Positions 37,521-51,018 of a DNA stretch of 64,000 nucleotides are shown here, in pieces. The number at the start of each line of letters is the position of its first letter. The stretch's first letter is position 1. This DNA comes from Phoronis australis. Lineage: Eukaryota; Animalia; Phoronida. Made by a program: the position numbers and the translations under genes. The DNA is taken from assembly GCA_002633005.1 (NCBI GenBank), contig NMRA01000002.1:512044-576043 (forward strand). Reading direction: 5' to 3'. The notes below the pieces were generated by a model. That model did not search any database, was not told where the DNA came from, and saw nothing but the letters and a program-made list of their open reading frames with translations.

Positions 37521-40500
37521 CGAGGGCCGGTGCCATAACCAGTTAAGCACGGACTTGTTCAGCAGGGGTAGATCCAAATGATTTTAAAAGAGGAGAGGAG
37601 GGGTTCAAATAAAAAAACACGAAAATTCTAAATTTGATATCACTAAAATCAAGGGGAAAACGGGGGGTCAAGTTGCTCCTACTAAAAACTCAACAAAAGC
37701 ACCTTTTCATGTCTGAAGAAGGCGGCTCTCCGCGGACTTTCCTCACAACTCCTCAGTCATTATCGCACTCCCCGCGCGGAAACGGTCAGAAAAATATTTT
37801 TGTGAACATCTCTGGCTTGTTTCTTAGCAATAGGTATACTAACGGCCATTAAATATCTTAAGATGTATCAATAAAAGTCCTTTGAGACACAGGGTCATCG
37901 TAGGTTTGCAACTTTCAGTCCTGTTTGTCTTTGCATTGTTCTATTATTAGTCTTTTAAAGAGTGGGCGGTGTTTCCACGGAAACCTCATTACAGACGGCG
38001 GCAGTTGAGCGAGTACCAATAATGAATGGCACTCAACTGTCACTCAGTACGGCGGATACTTTAGGTGGTAATGCACCACTAAAAATAAAAATTAAACTAA
38101 AAAAATTCATATTAAATTCAGTTAAGATTGACAATTATTTTGGAGTTGTGTTGAATGAGTATTTGGACTTAAAGAACCATGGAACGCGAAAACTCTTCAG
38201 AAATATCTTAAACAATTCCTGACGTAAGTACTATCTAGCATCGTCCCATTACGGATCAATTCACTTTCCCCTGTGATGAAATTTCCAGAAAAAATCACAA
38301 AATTCAAGATTTTTGAAATACGCACGAAGGTGGTTACCAGACTTTGTAATATCCCTCCCACTTGAGATTGTAAATGCTCGCATGCGAGTGTCGAGCAGTT
38401 GACAGGTCGTTTTTTGAAATTTGTAACTAAAAAATGTTTTGATATCAACAGAAATTAAAAATCTTTACAAACAAAGGTCTAAAAATACCTGATGAGCAGG
38501 TTGAATTCTGTTTCAGTAGCAGAGAACCACTTTCGATATTGCAATTTAATCTGTTTATGGCGTTCTAGGCCTCTTTTAAAATATAATTGAGCAAAGAGAT
38601 AAAAAGGTCGATAACTCGTGAATAGAATATATTGAGAAACCAACAGTATATTTAAAGACTATGATAGCTAATATAGCCACATAGTTCCCAACACCACAAC
38701 ACCGACTACGAAAAGTTTCAAATTATCCACAATTAAAAGCAATACTGAAAAAATTAAACTACAGTAAAAGTTGCACACGCGGCGTCGCCGGATCCAACCG
38801 TGAGGTTGGAAAGATGCAACTTGATCTTAACTAGTGAAAAAACTGAAAGACCACTGGCAAATTACTGTATAGCATTTTTCACGTAAAACATTTTCCCAAC
38901 ACATGAGTGACACAGATACTCCTTTCATCAAAGGCACTAACTCTGGAAGTCTGGTCGTTGCTTCTTTACTGCAAACCTGCCTCAGTAGAAGATCAAAAAA
39001 TTGCCAATTATGAAAATTAAGTTGGTTAACTTTCGTGTTCAGGTTTAATGACCACCTTCACTATCCCCACTAATGAATCGAGTGCAAATAAAAATTGGAA
39101 GTTGAGAACTCTAAGCCAATACTTACAACATTTAATAAATGGGCAAACTTTTGTTCCCGAAACACCAGCTTTTAGTGGAAGTTGATTGCAGAAATTTAAC
39201 CACTTGATAGGGATTCTTGAACAAGTCTCTTTAAGGCATTAGTACAAGAACAAGTACAATGTTGTCAGAAATGAGTATACCGATCTTAATAGCAACCAAA
39301 ATGTTAAAACAAAGGTAGCAATAAAAGCCCTTCTGCACTTTTGTGAACAACTTATAGAGTTTCGGACTCCTAAAGTGGACCCTCCATAGGGAATCAAATC
39401 AAAAAGGTGCCCTTTTCTCGGGAAACTGGTCATGAAAAAGAGATCCTTTAGAGTGGCACGTCCCCAAATCATACCTCCTCTAAGGAAGTATCCCCAGGAC
39501 TCGTGTGTTATACACCAGTGCTGGCTTAGGCAATAAATGCTCCAGGACAACAACACGAAAGTGGTTCCAAAAACACCAGCTCTAGCAATTCTGTCATTGG
39601 AGGTAATGTCTAGATAATTAATAAGCTTTATGCAACATCACAATTTTGCAAACATTTGAATGATCATCTGACACAGAGATGCGACTTTCATAAATATACA
39701 CATCAAGAATGTTACAAATCTTTGAACTTTGCACCAATCCGACAGCAAAGACGAACCTTTTGAATTCAGCTGTTAAGCATAACAAGTGAATTACAAAATA
39801 GCACTGACAGTGATGAAAGACAAATAAAACATGCTCTAATAAAAGTTATCAAAAATTTTATAAATACTTGACAAAATGTTACTGGCAACAACTTGGAGTC
39901 AAAAAGTGACTCTTATCACAACTGTAATAGTCTAAAAATAACAGCAAAGTTTTGTTTTGTGCGTCTTTGAAAACGACTAAACAGTGGATGAGTTTATAAC
40001 GCGCACAGTATTTTTAAATCTGGCATTCATGACAATCTCAGTACTCAAGTTTATTTCAAGAGCTAAAGATGATAACTATTTCCCTTGACACCTTGGAACT
40101 ATCACTCGCAGCCTGAGAAATCGGGCCAGACTCGACAATAAATAGTCACATGCCATTATTCATTATTCAAGTACAAATTTGTAAGTTTATTCAAAGTGTG
40201 TCATGCCATTGGTCAATTTTCGAGTTGAGTTTCGAGTTTAGAGATTAGACCCCAGGCCAAGGTCATAGCCAACAAATTATATTATGATCTAGATTATAAG
40301 GTGATATTCATGTTCATTTGTGGATTTTTTTAATGCAACATTCTCTGGTTTTCCACATAAATGTTCAATAACTGTAAAATGTTACGCTCGCTTCCTTGGC
40401 CAGATCTGAGAAGCAGTTCTGTTATTGTCAATAAAATTCCATGAATGACAGCCATCAACTCTACTTCATGTTTAAATTGAGTACAACATAGAATTGACAG

Positions 40501-41288
40501 AAAACACTGATTCTTCACTTATTAAAACTTTTTGCCAAAATGGTAATTTTTCCGTTTTTTGAAGGCTGATTACTGGTTTGCAAATAACATATGAATTTTG
40601 GCATTATCTATTATGACATCGAGGCACAACAATCCATGCTTGCAATAGACTAAAATGTTCTTAATCTTTTAGTTTTGTGGAGAAATTTAAGAAATAGAAT
40701 TTCACTTGTCCGCAATATTGTGTGCTAAATAATTGAAGAATAAAAGAAATGCTACAGCCCAATGGATGTTCCCATCAAGAAAAGTGATTTTACAGAAAAT
40801 AGCCGTAGCGCAGAATTGAACCCATTAGCTCCAATAGCAGCCAAATTCTCTGCACTGAGCCAAATGCTATGGCTTAAATAGCAGAGTATTTTAAGACTGA
40901 TAAAGACACCGAATGCCTGGCAGACAACGGCAAGAATTTGCAATTTGTAATAAAATCACAAAAACAACAAATTTTGTTGTTTTACGGCTTTTGTCAAAGC
41001 TAATAACTTCAAAAAGTCCATCCTATCCAACAGTAATCCCAAAAATGTGTTTTTCTGCTGTAAAATGATAATACCCCTTCACCATAGTTCCACAAAAACT
41101 ATATACAAGGTAAAAATGTTAAAAACTATTTTGTGTACCTTATGATCACACTGACTAGAAGGTACAGTTAGGTATATATTTTCATCCTTTTATCAGGAAA
41201 TATATAAGCGCCTAGTAAATCAAATGGATGCATCACTGCTTCTCGAATAATGAACTGGCTGTTGACCTACAGAAATAGGCAGATATGT

Positions 41289-41434
41289 TCAGGACAGTTT
41301 GGCCAGTTCATCGTAGACTATTTTCTTCCATCCATCTTCCGGCACCCAACTCTTAAGTCTTTTGACATTATCTGCATCTGTGTTACTAGGGCACTCCATC
41401 AAGTAATGGGTCCACTCAGGCTTTTGAACAGCAC
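41289..41434 (-). CDS. NT5M: 5'(3')-deoxyribonucleotidase, last coding exon
   Basis: tgctag|GT GCT acceptor, phase 1. GAVQKPEWTHYLMEC...KRLKSW...WKKIV...*. Confidence 0.85.
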
Positions 41435-42088
41435 CTAGCAATGAAGAAAAGTCAACATAAAGTGCATTAAATATTTTCTGTACAGGAAGTAGAGACACCG
41501 TAATTTTCTGCCATAACGGAAAACAAATATAATTCACGGAATCTGACTTCTTTCGCGGAATTAAAGGTATCTGATGGAATTTGCATAGTTCAAAAGTGCA
41601 TAAAATAATTCTAACATTTTTGCCTTTTAATTGTCAAAAATTATTAATATAACCCATCAAATTCAACAGTTCTGGCAAGAAATCAACTGACAATCATTTG
41701 GCACTAGACATGTTCAAGTAGTTGTTCATTCTTTCTGAAGGTGGCGCTGTACTTTTTCTGGTATTCAGAGTTTTAAGAAACAATAAACATGGCATTCACC
41801 AAAGAATCGGCAAAATGGAGTTGCGGCATGAAGATGTATACTAAGAAGAAAAGTTTACGACAAATTTCCAAATCATTTTTATGTGATTTATCACTCTGAA
41901 GTAATAAAAATGTAATTTGCTATTTTACAAAATGGAAAAGCAAGGAACTCTATGCTTGCTAAAAAGGATTTTCTTGTATTTGAAAACAAAAAATTAAGGT
42001 AATCAAACTAGTGACTGTAGTAGTGGTGCAATACAGTTGTGAAGTGCACAGAGTGAGTAAGCAAAAGGTCACCAACACCAGCCAGAAC

Positions 42089-43105
42089 CAGTGGCGGATC
42101 TAGGATATCACAAGGGGGGGGGCAAACATTTTGTCCGGTTGGAAGCATTTGCGCAAACTGAACCACGAATGTAGATGCGCATAGCACCGAATGGGGGGAG
42201 GTCGGGAGGGGGGGTTTGCCCCCCTCCCGCCCAGGAAATTTTTGTTTTTACCTCTAAAAATCAAGCATTTTCCTTGATTCCTAAAGTATTATCCAAGAAA
42301 AAAAAGGAAAAAAAAAACACGGAGAACGTGTCAAACAGGAAAAAAAATGCAAATATCAGAGACTCGAACTCACGACCTGGCGGCCAGAGCGCGCTTACGT
42401 TACCACTACACCACCACGATTTGACTACAAATTTCATACTAAAAGACTTACTTGTTTATGGGCCACAGCGTTTGCGCGCGAAACCTACTTCTTTTTGTAA
42501 TGCTTATTACACGTTTTGTGCCATCAATTCTTAATAAATTTGTCGTATTTGAAATAGTCTTCAAATGCCCAAAAGACCAAATCCATTTTTCGTGTTGGCA
42601 ATAATGAAGGGATTGCTTTGGAAACCGTCTTAAGATAAGGTTTGACAAAGAGAATATTGCGAGTTTCTGAGTGATTCACTAAGGCTTCGATTAAAATTCA
42701 CATCTTACCAACAGCTTCTGTTTTTTCATCGTCACTCACGTTCCATTTTCTTTAAAAAATGAAGTAAATTTTCTTAATTGCACAGTGGAGCAGACGGAAA
42801 CGGAGTCGTAGTGCACAGCGCCGCTGCCGATCGCCTAGGATATCGCGGGAGATTCTATACTTAGCCATAGTTCCGTTACGAACGCGCCGTGTTCCGAATT
42901 TGACACTTGAAATTGGATTTGAGCCCCTCCCCCCCAACACTAAAACTGCACACATTTAAATCTTTTTTCATCCGTATAATTTTAATTACCGGGGTTAATT
43001 AATAAACTCACCATTTCCCTACGCTCTTACTGTTTTATTTTTTTTTGCCGCAGCCAAGGGGGGGGGGCCCGGGCCCCCTGGGCCCCCCCCCTAAATCCGC
43101 CTATG
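42089..43105. mobile_element. Non-autonomous DNA transposon, 1017 bp, with a 5-bp target-site duplication
   Basis: Termini CAGTGGCGGATCTAGG and cctaaatccgcctatg (reverse complement CATAGGCGGATTTAGG). AGAAC flanks both ends (42084-42088 and 43106-43110). G/C runs are subterminal. Confidence 0.85.
42354..42416 (-). other. tRNA-like Pol III A/B-box module inside the transposon
   Basis: Minus strand tggtgtagtggtaacg...ggtcgtgagttcgagtctc. No canonical anticodon arm. Confidence 0.5.
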
Positions 43106-43578
43106 AGAACAGGGAGGAGTGAATAACATAATTGTCTGGGTTACTGTAAACATTCTCTAGTTTGGGGTCTCTAAAATTTCGAACACAAGAATTTCAGCCG
43201 AAATAAACTTTTCTTGATTTTGAAGATCGGGACATGGGTGATTTAGATGTATTGGTGATAGAGTCTGAAAATAAAACTTGACAGTTCATAAATTCATCGA
43301 AAAGAGTCACGAATGCAACATTTTTATTCTTCACTTTAGAGTGAAGTCGCGGTTTGTTGTAGATAGTAATTCTTGAATTTAAGAGGGCCAATATCACCTA
43401 TTTCTAAGATTTGGTACAAGCTCCAGCCTTGAGCAAAATAATTTTGCACTGTTCCAAACTGAAGGATTACCATCTAGAGTACTGAGAACCTAATAACGGC
43501 GGTGCGTTATTTCATGCACCAAGCACGGTCTCAAGCCCAGAAAATTTTTTGTCTGAGCTAGGAATAAATTGAGACTTA

Positions 43579-43770
<192 letters not shown>

Positions 43771-44469
43771 TTAAAACACAACAATGATTCACTGAATGAC
43801 TGAAGCAGTAATACATTTAAGATCAATTAAATATAGATTATTACATGGCGAAGTCGTTATCTCCCGTAATCTAGAGCTCGAGAATTCTCCATTCACGAGG
43901 GCTATAGATAAGAGGATAACGACTGAGAACATGTAATAATTTTTGCCACATATTAAATGATAAACATTGCAATGAATTGATCTGCCTTTCTCGACTTGCC
44001 TCGGAACTACTTTTTATGTCAGAGGCCGGGTTCAAGAATCGTGACCTTTTAAGAAACGTTAAGTCATTCTTGTTAAAACGTTCTTGAAAATTTAAACAAA
44101 ATAGAAACAAATGAGTCAATAAAATAAGTTTTAAAGAAATAGGCTAGCTTACTACACATTTTATCACGCTAAATGACTACTGTGAAAATATCATCTGCTT
44201 ATAGGTTACCACTGGTTACTGAATATAATGTCCAAGTCAAAGAATCCTGATGACATGTTCCCCACATTTAAACTGGAGATCGATTTTTTACAAGTGAGAG
44301 AATATGACAAATAAATTTTACTGACTTAAAAATGTGGTTTTACTGAAATTGTACGTTATTTTTCACAGTGTTATAAATGTCGATACAATGCGGTTTGTTG
44401 AACATGCGAGTATTGTGCGTACTCATTTAAGTATTCGATTTTCACGTAAAATGACATCAGCTGCTGAAC

Positions 44470-44536
44470 AGCTCAGTGGTTAAGGTGACGGCTGTCGTTA
44501 AACAAAATCTGAGTGAAACCGGTTCGACTCTGGCCA
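44470..44536 (+). mobile_element. tRNA-derived SINE-like head
   Basis: A box agctcagtggttaagg and B box ggttcgactct, with no intact cloverleaf. Confidence 0.5.
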
Positions 44537-45094
44537 AAGGTTCATGCCAAAACGTTAATCAACACGAGCTGATTAACAAAATGGCTTAATCAACGGTTGT
44601 AATGGCCATGTCAGGCACATTATGTGGTATAACATACATTAAAGAGCAACAAAACGAGTGATGTAGGGATAAACATGCAGTCAAAAATCAATGACTTGCG
44701 CTGTAACTGCACCCAGCAAGAATTATCATGCAGTCAAAAGTCACAGAATGACTGATACCGTGATACATCCAGCATGCCCTTGTATCAACAATACAGTCAA
44801 GATTCACCGAGTAACTGAAGCTGTGACACATCAAACAGGGATTATAAAGCAGTCAAGCCGCTGCGTGATGTCACACGGAGCACGTCCTAGCAAGCTGAAT
44901 TTTAATATTTGATCATATACAGTATAAGTCAGATGACCTGAAACTGCTTGTCATGATAACTTGGGAAAACGGTGTTTTGTCCGATTACTTTTGTCTTGTA
45001 CTGTACAGCTAACCGAATTTCAACGATAAATCTGAAAACATTTTGATAACGGTGTCATGCGTTTTCGATGTCATTATCATTTGTTAAAACTCAC

Positions 45095-45155
45095 CTTCTC
45101 AGTTACACAGTGCTTGTAATTCGTAATGGGTGATGTGCATAGGAATACCTCAACA
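45095..45155 (-). CDS. NT5M: 5'(3')-deoxyribonucleotidase, coding exon 3
   Basis: tttcag|T GTT ... AAG|gtgag. VEVFLCTSPITNYKHCVTEK, with the CTSP motif. Confidence 0.92.
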
Positions 45156-45444
45156 CTGAAAAAAGAACAAGTAAGTTCATATTTATTACACAACAAAACA
45201 ATGCAAAACTGAACAATTTGATTATACTAACAACACTGTATTTCACTAGTTTACTTTTGGTAGGCAGACTCAAAATAAAAAGTTTAACTAAAAGTGGAGC
45301 ACCTTACCAATGCCCAGTAGCAAAAGCCAAAGTAAATTTGAGGAGAAAGTGAAACTAGGCTCCGTCTCTAATTCAGAATTCCGTATTCTAAGCATGAAAG
45401 GCTTCAAACATGTCGAGATGCGTTGATAACATGGGGTTGCTCAC

Positions 45445-45545
45445 TTTTCCATGGAAGCCATCTCCCACATGGCTTCAACACATCCAGGTATTGTCTTCAT
45501 ATCGAGGAAGAATCGCGGCTCACTTGTCACTTCTATGCATTTAGC
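45445..45545 (-). CDS. NT5M: 5'(3')-deoxyribonucleotidase, coding exon 2
   Basis: ttccag|GCT ... AA|gtgag. AKCIEVTSEPRFFLDMKTIPGCVEAMWEMASMEN. Confidence 0.9.
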
Positions 45546-46681
45546 CTGGAAGATATAAAATACATAATTATGTCAATCAGCACACAGACTGACGTACTTA
45601 TCCCACTTTAAAATAGGGGTGTGATGTTGCTGTTTGTATTTTTATGAAGATTGACAAAATTTAAACCTCCTGGCCCTATTCTGCGGCATGTTTCAATGTA
45701 CCCAATGAATACGAGTCCCGTTGTCCTGAATACCTCACCAGCAGTAACCATGCTAAGAACAATATTTACCGTTTTTATAGGAAATGAGAATGTGGTATCC
45801 TCACCCAACGTTCACCCTGTCACTGACTGTTACGGTAAAAATTCTCCAGTTTGGGACAGTCACTAAAATCTGGGACAGTGAAATTTAAGTAAAGTCTGAA
45901 CTTTTCATTCAACTTTCTTGATTATGAAGATTTAGATATAGGTGATTTTGATATTTCTTAAATATCGGACACTGAGTTTTGTATAATGAGTCTCAAAACG
46001 GTGCAAATCATCAAATATTTTATCTCACAAACTTTCTTTAAAGGAGCACCATTTAATGAAGTCAGGTATCATGGAGTCAGCAAATTATTTGGTTTTGAAA
46101 TGAAAAACAGCCCTTTTGGCAGAGTTAAACAGAATGTCGTGCTGTAGACTGTTTGTTCACGAGCAGATTATAAGTTTAGCAACACCAGAAAGTGAAGGTG
46201 AAAAAGAAGCTCGTCAGCGTACATAAGGTGGTTGACACATAGATTAGATATTACACAGCCAATTTTATAATCATTCAAAATGAGGTGAGATTATCATGTA
46301 TATATTGAAAAGGTACGAAGAGAGTATGCAACCTTGTCTGACACCATTGGAAATTTTGAAAGAAGACAAAAACTCCTATCCCCATGTTGCTCACAATACC
46401 AATTACCTAAAAATTCTAACACTATATCCTGGTGCACCTATTCTAATAAGGTGACGTGAGATACACGGTCAAATGCCTTACTTGCGTCAAGGTGTAAATA
46501 CATTGATCAGTCCCAAGATTCCTCTAAAGCCAAACTGATTAGGCTGTGTACACACAAAATTCTGAATGTGATCTAAAATAATGAATTCAAACACCTTACT
46601 AATAATACTAGCTAGCTTAAGGTATCCATGGAAAAAATTTCACCAGTTTTATCTTGGCCCAATGAAATAAAACCGCCTTAC

Positions 46682-46867
46682 CCCTAAACCTGGCTTCAGT
46701 TGATCATACTGAGGATAGGCTAGGAAACCTCGTCGCTCTTCTAAAGGTATGAATGGCTCATCTGGATACTTTTTACGAAAATTTGTCAACAGAGCAAGTT
46801 CGAAATCAGCCAGAACACTGTCCATGTCAACAAGAACCAGTAACTTCCTAGATTCAGAAGTCGGCAT
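46682..46867 (-). CDS. NT5M: 5'(3')-deoxyribonucleotidase (NT5M/NT5C family), first recognisable coding exon; 202 aa in total from this ATG
   Basis: MPTSESRKLLVLVDMDSVLADFE...FRKKYPDEPFIPLEERRGF...PGLG|gtaag, with HAD motif I DxD. A possible acceptor (cgcag) lies 5 nt upstream of the ATG. Confidence 0.92.
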
Positions 46868-48514
46868 CTTCACTGCGAACGTCTGGGTGATGACTAGTAG
46901 GAATAGATTCAGCTAGAATATAAATTAAATCAATTAGTCACATTTCAGTGTTAATGTGACAAGCTATACAAAGAGATAATATTAAAGCCCTTATACAGCA
47001 AAGATCTGCCTTGAGAGATATTTGCCACAAACTAATTTAGATAGAAAAAGTCCTGTCTGAATTAAGAGTCGAAAAATTTTGAGTCGAGAAGATGCCAACA
47101 AAAACCTTTTTACTAGTGATTTCTGTGACTTAGTCCTAACAATGTTGGCCATTCTTATAAACTGTATTAATTAATGAAATTAATAACAGAAAGAGACCAA
47201 GTAAAGTAATCCTATAAAAAGTATCGTAAACATGGATGTACAAAGAAATTTTAAGGTATATTTTGTGATTAGACGACTGAGAAGAGAGCATTGGTGTCAA
47301 ACAGACTTGACTAATTTGGCAAAGTACCTACAGGCAGACTTCCTAATATTCCATGTAGGCTAGAAAATTTTCATTAAAGTGTGGTCCAGTCTGGCAGATC
47401 CACCACCAAAGTCACATCTTTGCTATTAGTAGGTTCCTTTCGAGCATATTGCCTTTGGAGGCCGCACTACAGATGTCTTTAAATCCTTCCAACTTGAGCA
47501 AAATACTTTAGCAATTATTTTTGATATACCCCTTCATTCAAACATGAAACTGATAGTTGACGTCTATTGTTTCTAAACACTTTGATTTGATAAAAGTGAT
47601 ATCTTTTGGGAGATGATGACAACACTGCCGAAGCAAAAGTTACCCAAAATTTCAGTGCAGAGGTAATAAAGAACTCAAAACTTACTAACGAAGTGTAACC
47701 ACATTTTGCTCAGAGTCTGACCTCCTCTTGTAGGGGTGCGCTAGTTGCTAATAGCCTTGTCGTATTGAAATTCACTATCCTGTTAGACGGTGACCAGGAT
47801 GTAATGCAGACAAGAGGTTTCTACCTGGTAAAAACGTCATATCTCCTGGTGCGAGCAGTGTAAAAATGGCCAGTTGCGGATTTGGGCAATTGGACAAAGG
47901 ATAGGCAATTACATGAATGCTGCACGTATACAGGGGCGTAAGTACATCCCCATAAAAAGTTACTCATTTCAAAATACAGCAAATAAAATCGAATGAAACA
48001 TGCAGAAATCCACATGGAGTTATGATTAACACATACCATGACTCTGAATACAATTTAGTCAACATAACTCGTAACTTTGCTTCTTCGAAGGTATGTGTAA
48101 AAGCAGAAAGGATCACTGAAGTAAGCGCTTTTTTAAGTGATAGTTTTAAGTGTAGAATGTATTTTTGACGAGGTGAAAACTCTTAATTGGTGAGTGGATT
48201 TTGCCTACTTTCCGTTTAAATACCAGGTATGAAATTAGTACAAAAAACAGTGGGAAGTATTGTAGACCCTAACCAGCCAACCAAGGGGATACATGTTGCC
48301 TAGACAAAGGACTGCTAAAAAGTTTGATTACGTGAGTACGAGTTGGAAGGATTTACAGACATCGACAGTCTTCTAAGACTAATACGCACTTATGGCAACA
48401 TGACACTGACTGGTTTAATCAGAGTGACGCATAATTCGCTGAGTAGTTTCTGGTGCATGAAGGGCCTATGGGACGGTCACCATCTCTACTACTACTAGTT
48501 GAGACAGTGGCACT

Positions 48515-48554
48515 GTCTAAGCCCAGAGCCTAGCACTAGGCCCTGGGCTTAGAC
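48515..48554. repeat. 40-bp near-perfect palindrome
   Basis: gtctaagcccagagcctag-ca-ctaggccctgggcttagac, one mismatch. Confidence 0.85.
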
Positions 48555-48559
48555 TAGTA

Positions 48560-48610
48560 CCGTATTTGTCCGGGTTACTGCCCATGCTCAGCTTACCGCC
48601 CACTCCTGAA
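48560..48610. mobile_element. Left terminus of a Tc2/pogo-like element (TA|CCGTA), same family as 52232-52334
   Basis: ta-ccgtatttgtccgggttactgcccatgctcagcttaccgcccac is nearly identical to 52230 onward. The matching right end is uncertain and may be 50705. Confidence 0.7.
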
Positions 48611-49678
48611 ATTTTCACGATTGAGACTTCCTTAAAAGTGGCTCAGGTGTTTTGAGCAATAGGCCCAACCATGAGGCCTGCGCACATCTGATGCACCGCA
48701 AATGACATCAGGCCACCTGCACTGTTTTTTCCTTAAAAGTGTCTGTGTTTTTGTGAACGTTTGCTGCACAAAACTAAGATTCCAAAACTTGCGCAACTCC
48801 CTTACCTTTCAGTGACAATCAATCAGTTTTGGTGGAACCGGGACCTTGTCTTACTATGGCGGTAAAATACCGGTGATCTCAAGCTTTTTACCGACGGAGA
48901 CATAATTGTTTCCTTTGGCTCACGCATGGAACTTCCTGTCAGCATGTACTAATCACTGAGACAGCACTTTTCAAATACATTTCATTGCCGAAGAAGAACC
49001 AGCAAAACGGTACTTGACAGGAATTTCAAGTCCGTGACAGACCTTTCTGTGATTACGCGTGATGGTACACGAAACATCACCACCCTGAGCAATGAAATAA
49101 GTTCTAAAAAAAAAACACTAGCACACTCGACTGGTACATGACCAACAATAATGGAAACTCCACCGACATTATTTTGGACTCATATACGTTGTCAGGTTCA
49201 AGGTCTCACTTCAACAATTCACTGACAAATGGTACCCAGTCACGTCTATAGAGATGGTAACCACCACGTATGGCAGGCTAAAAGGCGAAATTGACGCATT
49301 ATTTTGAATACAAGGCAGATACGAGCTATTGTGACAAGCAACTTGTCTCGCTGCTCCAGTCTTGGTTAAACGTACGTTTTTAGTGACTTTCACTCCTGAT
49401 ATCTAAATGGAAGCACCCAACCAAAAGCAACAGCGCAAGAAATGAACTTGTCATTAAGTGCAAGTCAAACATTCTCTCAGCATCCATATGGTCAAAAATT
49501 TGTTTCTCTTTAAACTCTTGATTTGCCTGCAGGACTTTTTACGTGATGTGTTTTTGCTTCATTATTTTCGCAGCCGATGGAGCACCCGTATTTAATAGTA
49601 GTATCGCCCGATGGTTGAGCACGTGCTTTGAACAAATTCTGGGACGTTTTAAGTGACTAGCGGGGAGCAGGCCTTCAT

Positions 49679-50609
49679 GTAGGCAATGACCATCGCCTCT
49701 GTTGGTCCGAACCAGAGGCGACGCAGAGGCTATAGGCGCTCTGTACGCCGGAAACTTTTCGGCAAATTATTCCTCGCACCGACTAACCCATCAAAGTCAC
49801 GTTGTTATAAATACCTTTTGCGCATAGAGGAACACCTGAGGAGGTTTTCGATGTGTTTAATTCCTTCCAACTCGAACAAATACTCCCGTTATCAAACTTT
49901 TTCTTCGAGCAGTCCCCATTTCAGTTCCCAAAATGGTGAACTCACCATTTTTATACTGTGCACGCTCCAATTTTTACCGTGCTCGCTAGGTGATGTGACT
50001 TCATGACCTCAATCTTTAAATAGGCCAAAGGTGAGCCATTGCGGTCTTGTCAGTCAAATGTTCGTTTCCAAAATGCCACCACTTATACTTGTCTTTAATT
50101 GGCGTTACTTGAAACTGATTGTATTTCAATGAATTATTGTTTGTATTTGATAAAAATAAATGCTGTTGATATGACATTTAATAGTCTTTGTGCACATATT
50201 TGACATTTTAATGTTTAACACGTAAATGCACGGCTGGTTCCCGGCAGCACGTACGCAAAGGGCGGGAACTTCAGCTTTCAAAGTTCGCCGGTAGGTACGC
50301 AACTTCTGACCTTCGGCCTCGTTAAAACCATGAAAATGTTGATTTCACGATTTTGGGAACTGAAATAGGGACTGCTCGAAGAAAAAGTTTGATAATAGGA
50401 GTTTTTGTTCGAGTTGGAAGGATCGAATTAAACACATCGACAACCTCCTCAGGTGTTCCTCTATGCGCAAAAGGTATTTATTACAACGTGACTTTGATGG
50501 TTTAGTTGGTGCGAGGCATAATTCGTCAAAAAGCTTCCGGCGTACAGAGCGCCTATAGCCTCTACATCGCCTCTGCTTCGGGCCGACAGAGGCGATGGTC
50601 ATTGCCTAC
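49679..50609. repeat. Long inverted repeat: arms of about 262 bp (49679-49940 and 50344-50609) around a spacer of about 400 bp
   Basis: The ORF track gives near-identical translations on opposite strands (49686+ and 50602-). DNA similarity is visible throughout the arms. Confidence 0.9.
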
Positions 50610-50705
50610 CGTACAGTAAGACTCCTGACTTTTCAAAAAGTTCGATTTTGACTGCCCACCCCTTGTCTTTTTAGATTCCCAATTTAAGCGCCCGGACGAG
50701 TACGG
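50609..50705. mobile_element. Short Tc2/pogo-like MITE, or right end of the 48560 element
   Basis: ta-ccgtac ... aatttaagcgcccggacgagtacgg-ta. The 3' part matches 52296-52334. Confidence 0.65.
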
Positions 50706-51018
50706 TACTAGGCTAAACTAGTCAATCTTTTCTGTAGTGTTAGTCTGTGTTAGTCATGTTAGTGTTATCTAAGATTGGCTGACTGGACGTCGTCTGCTCG
50801 TCGAGTGTTAGCTTTAGATCGAGAGTCAATCTGTTACTTGTATATGAAATTGGAAAACTGAACTTACAAAAAGTGACAAAATGTAAGACCGAGGACAACT
50901 AAACTATTAATACCAATAAAACCTTTAGTTTCCAGAACACAACAAAAAAGTTTTCGCTTGACTTACCGGTACTTATGTGTGTGCATTAATAATAGCAATC
51001 TTACTTAGTAGTACCAGA

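Noticed and set aside
47686-47860. Possible upstream coding exon giving the nucleotidase a mitochondrial presequence (minus-strand donor at 47685)
   Set aside because: The in-phase frame adds only MWLHFV and has a stop shortly upstream. It could be a UTR exon, but I cannot support that.
49686-50602. Two paralogous Arg-rich ORFs (MTIASVGP...)
   Set aside because: They are the two arms of an inverted repeat and differ by a frameshift, with no protein motif.
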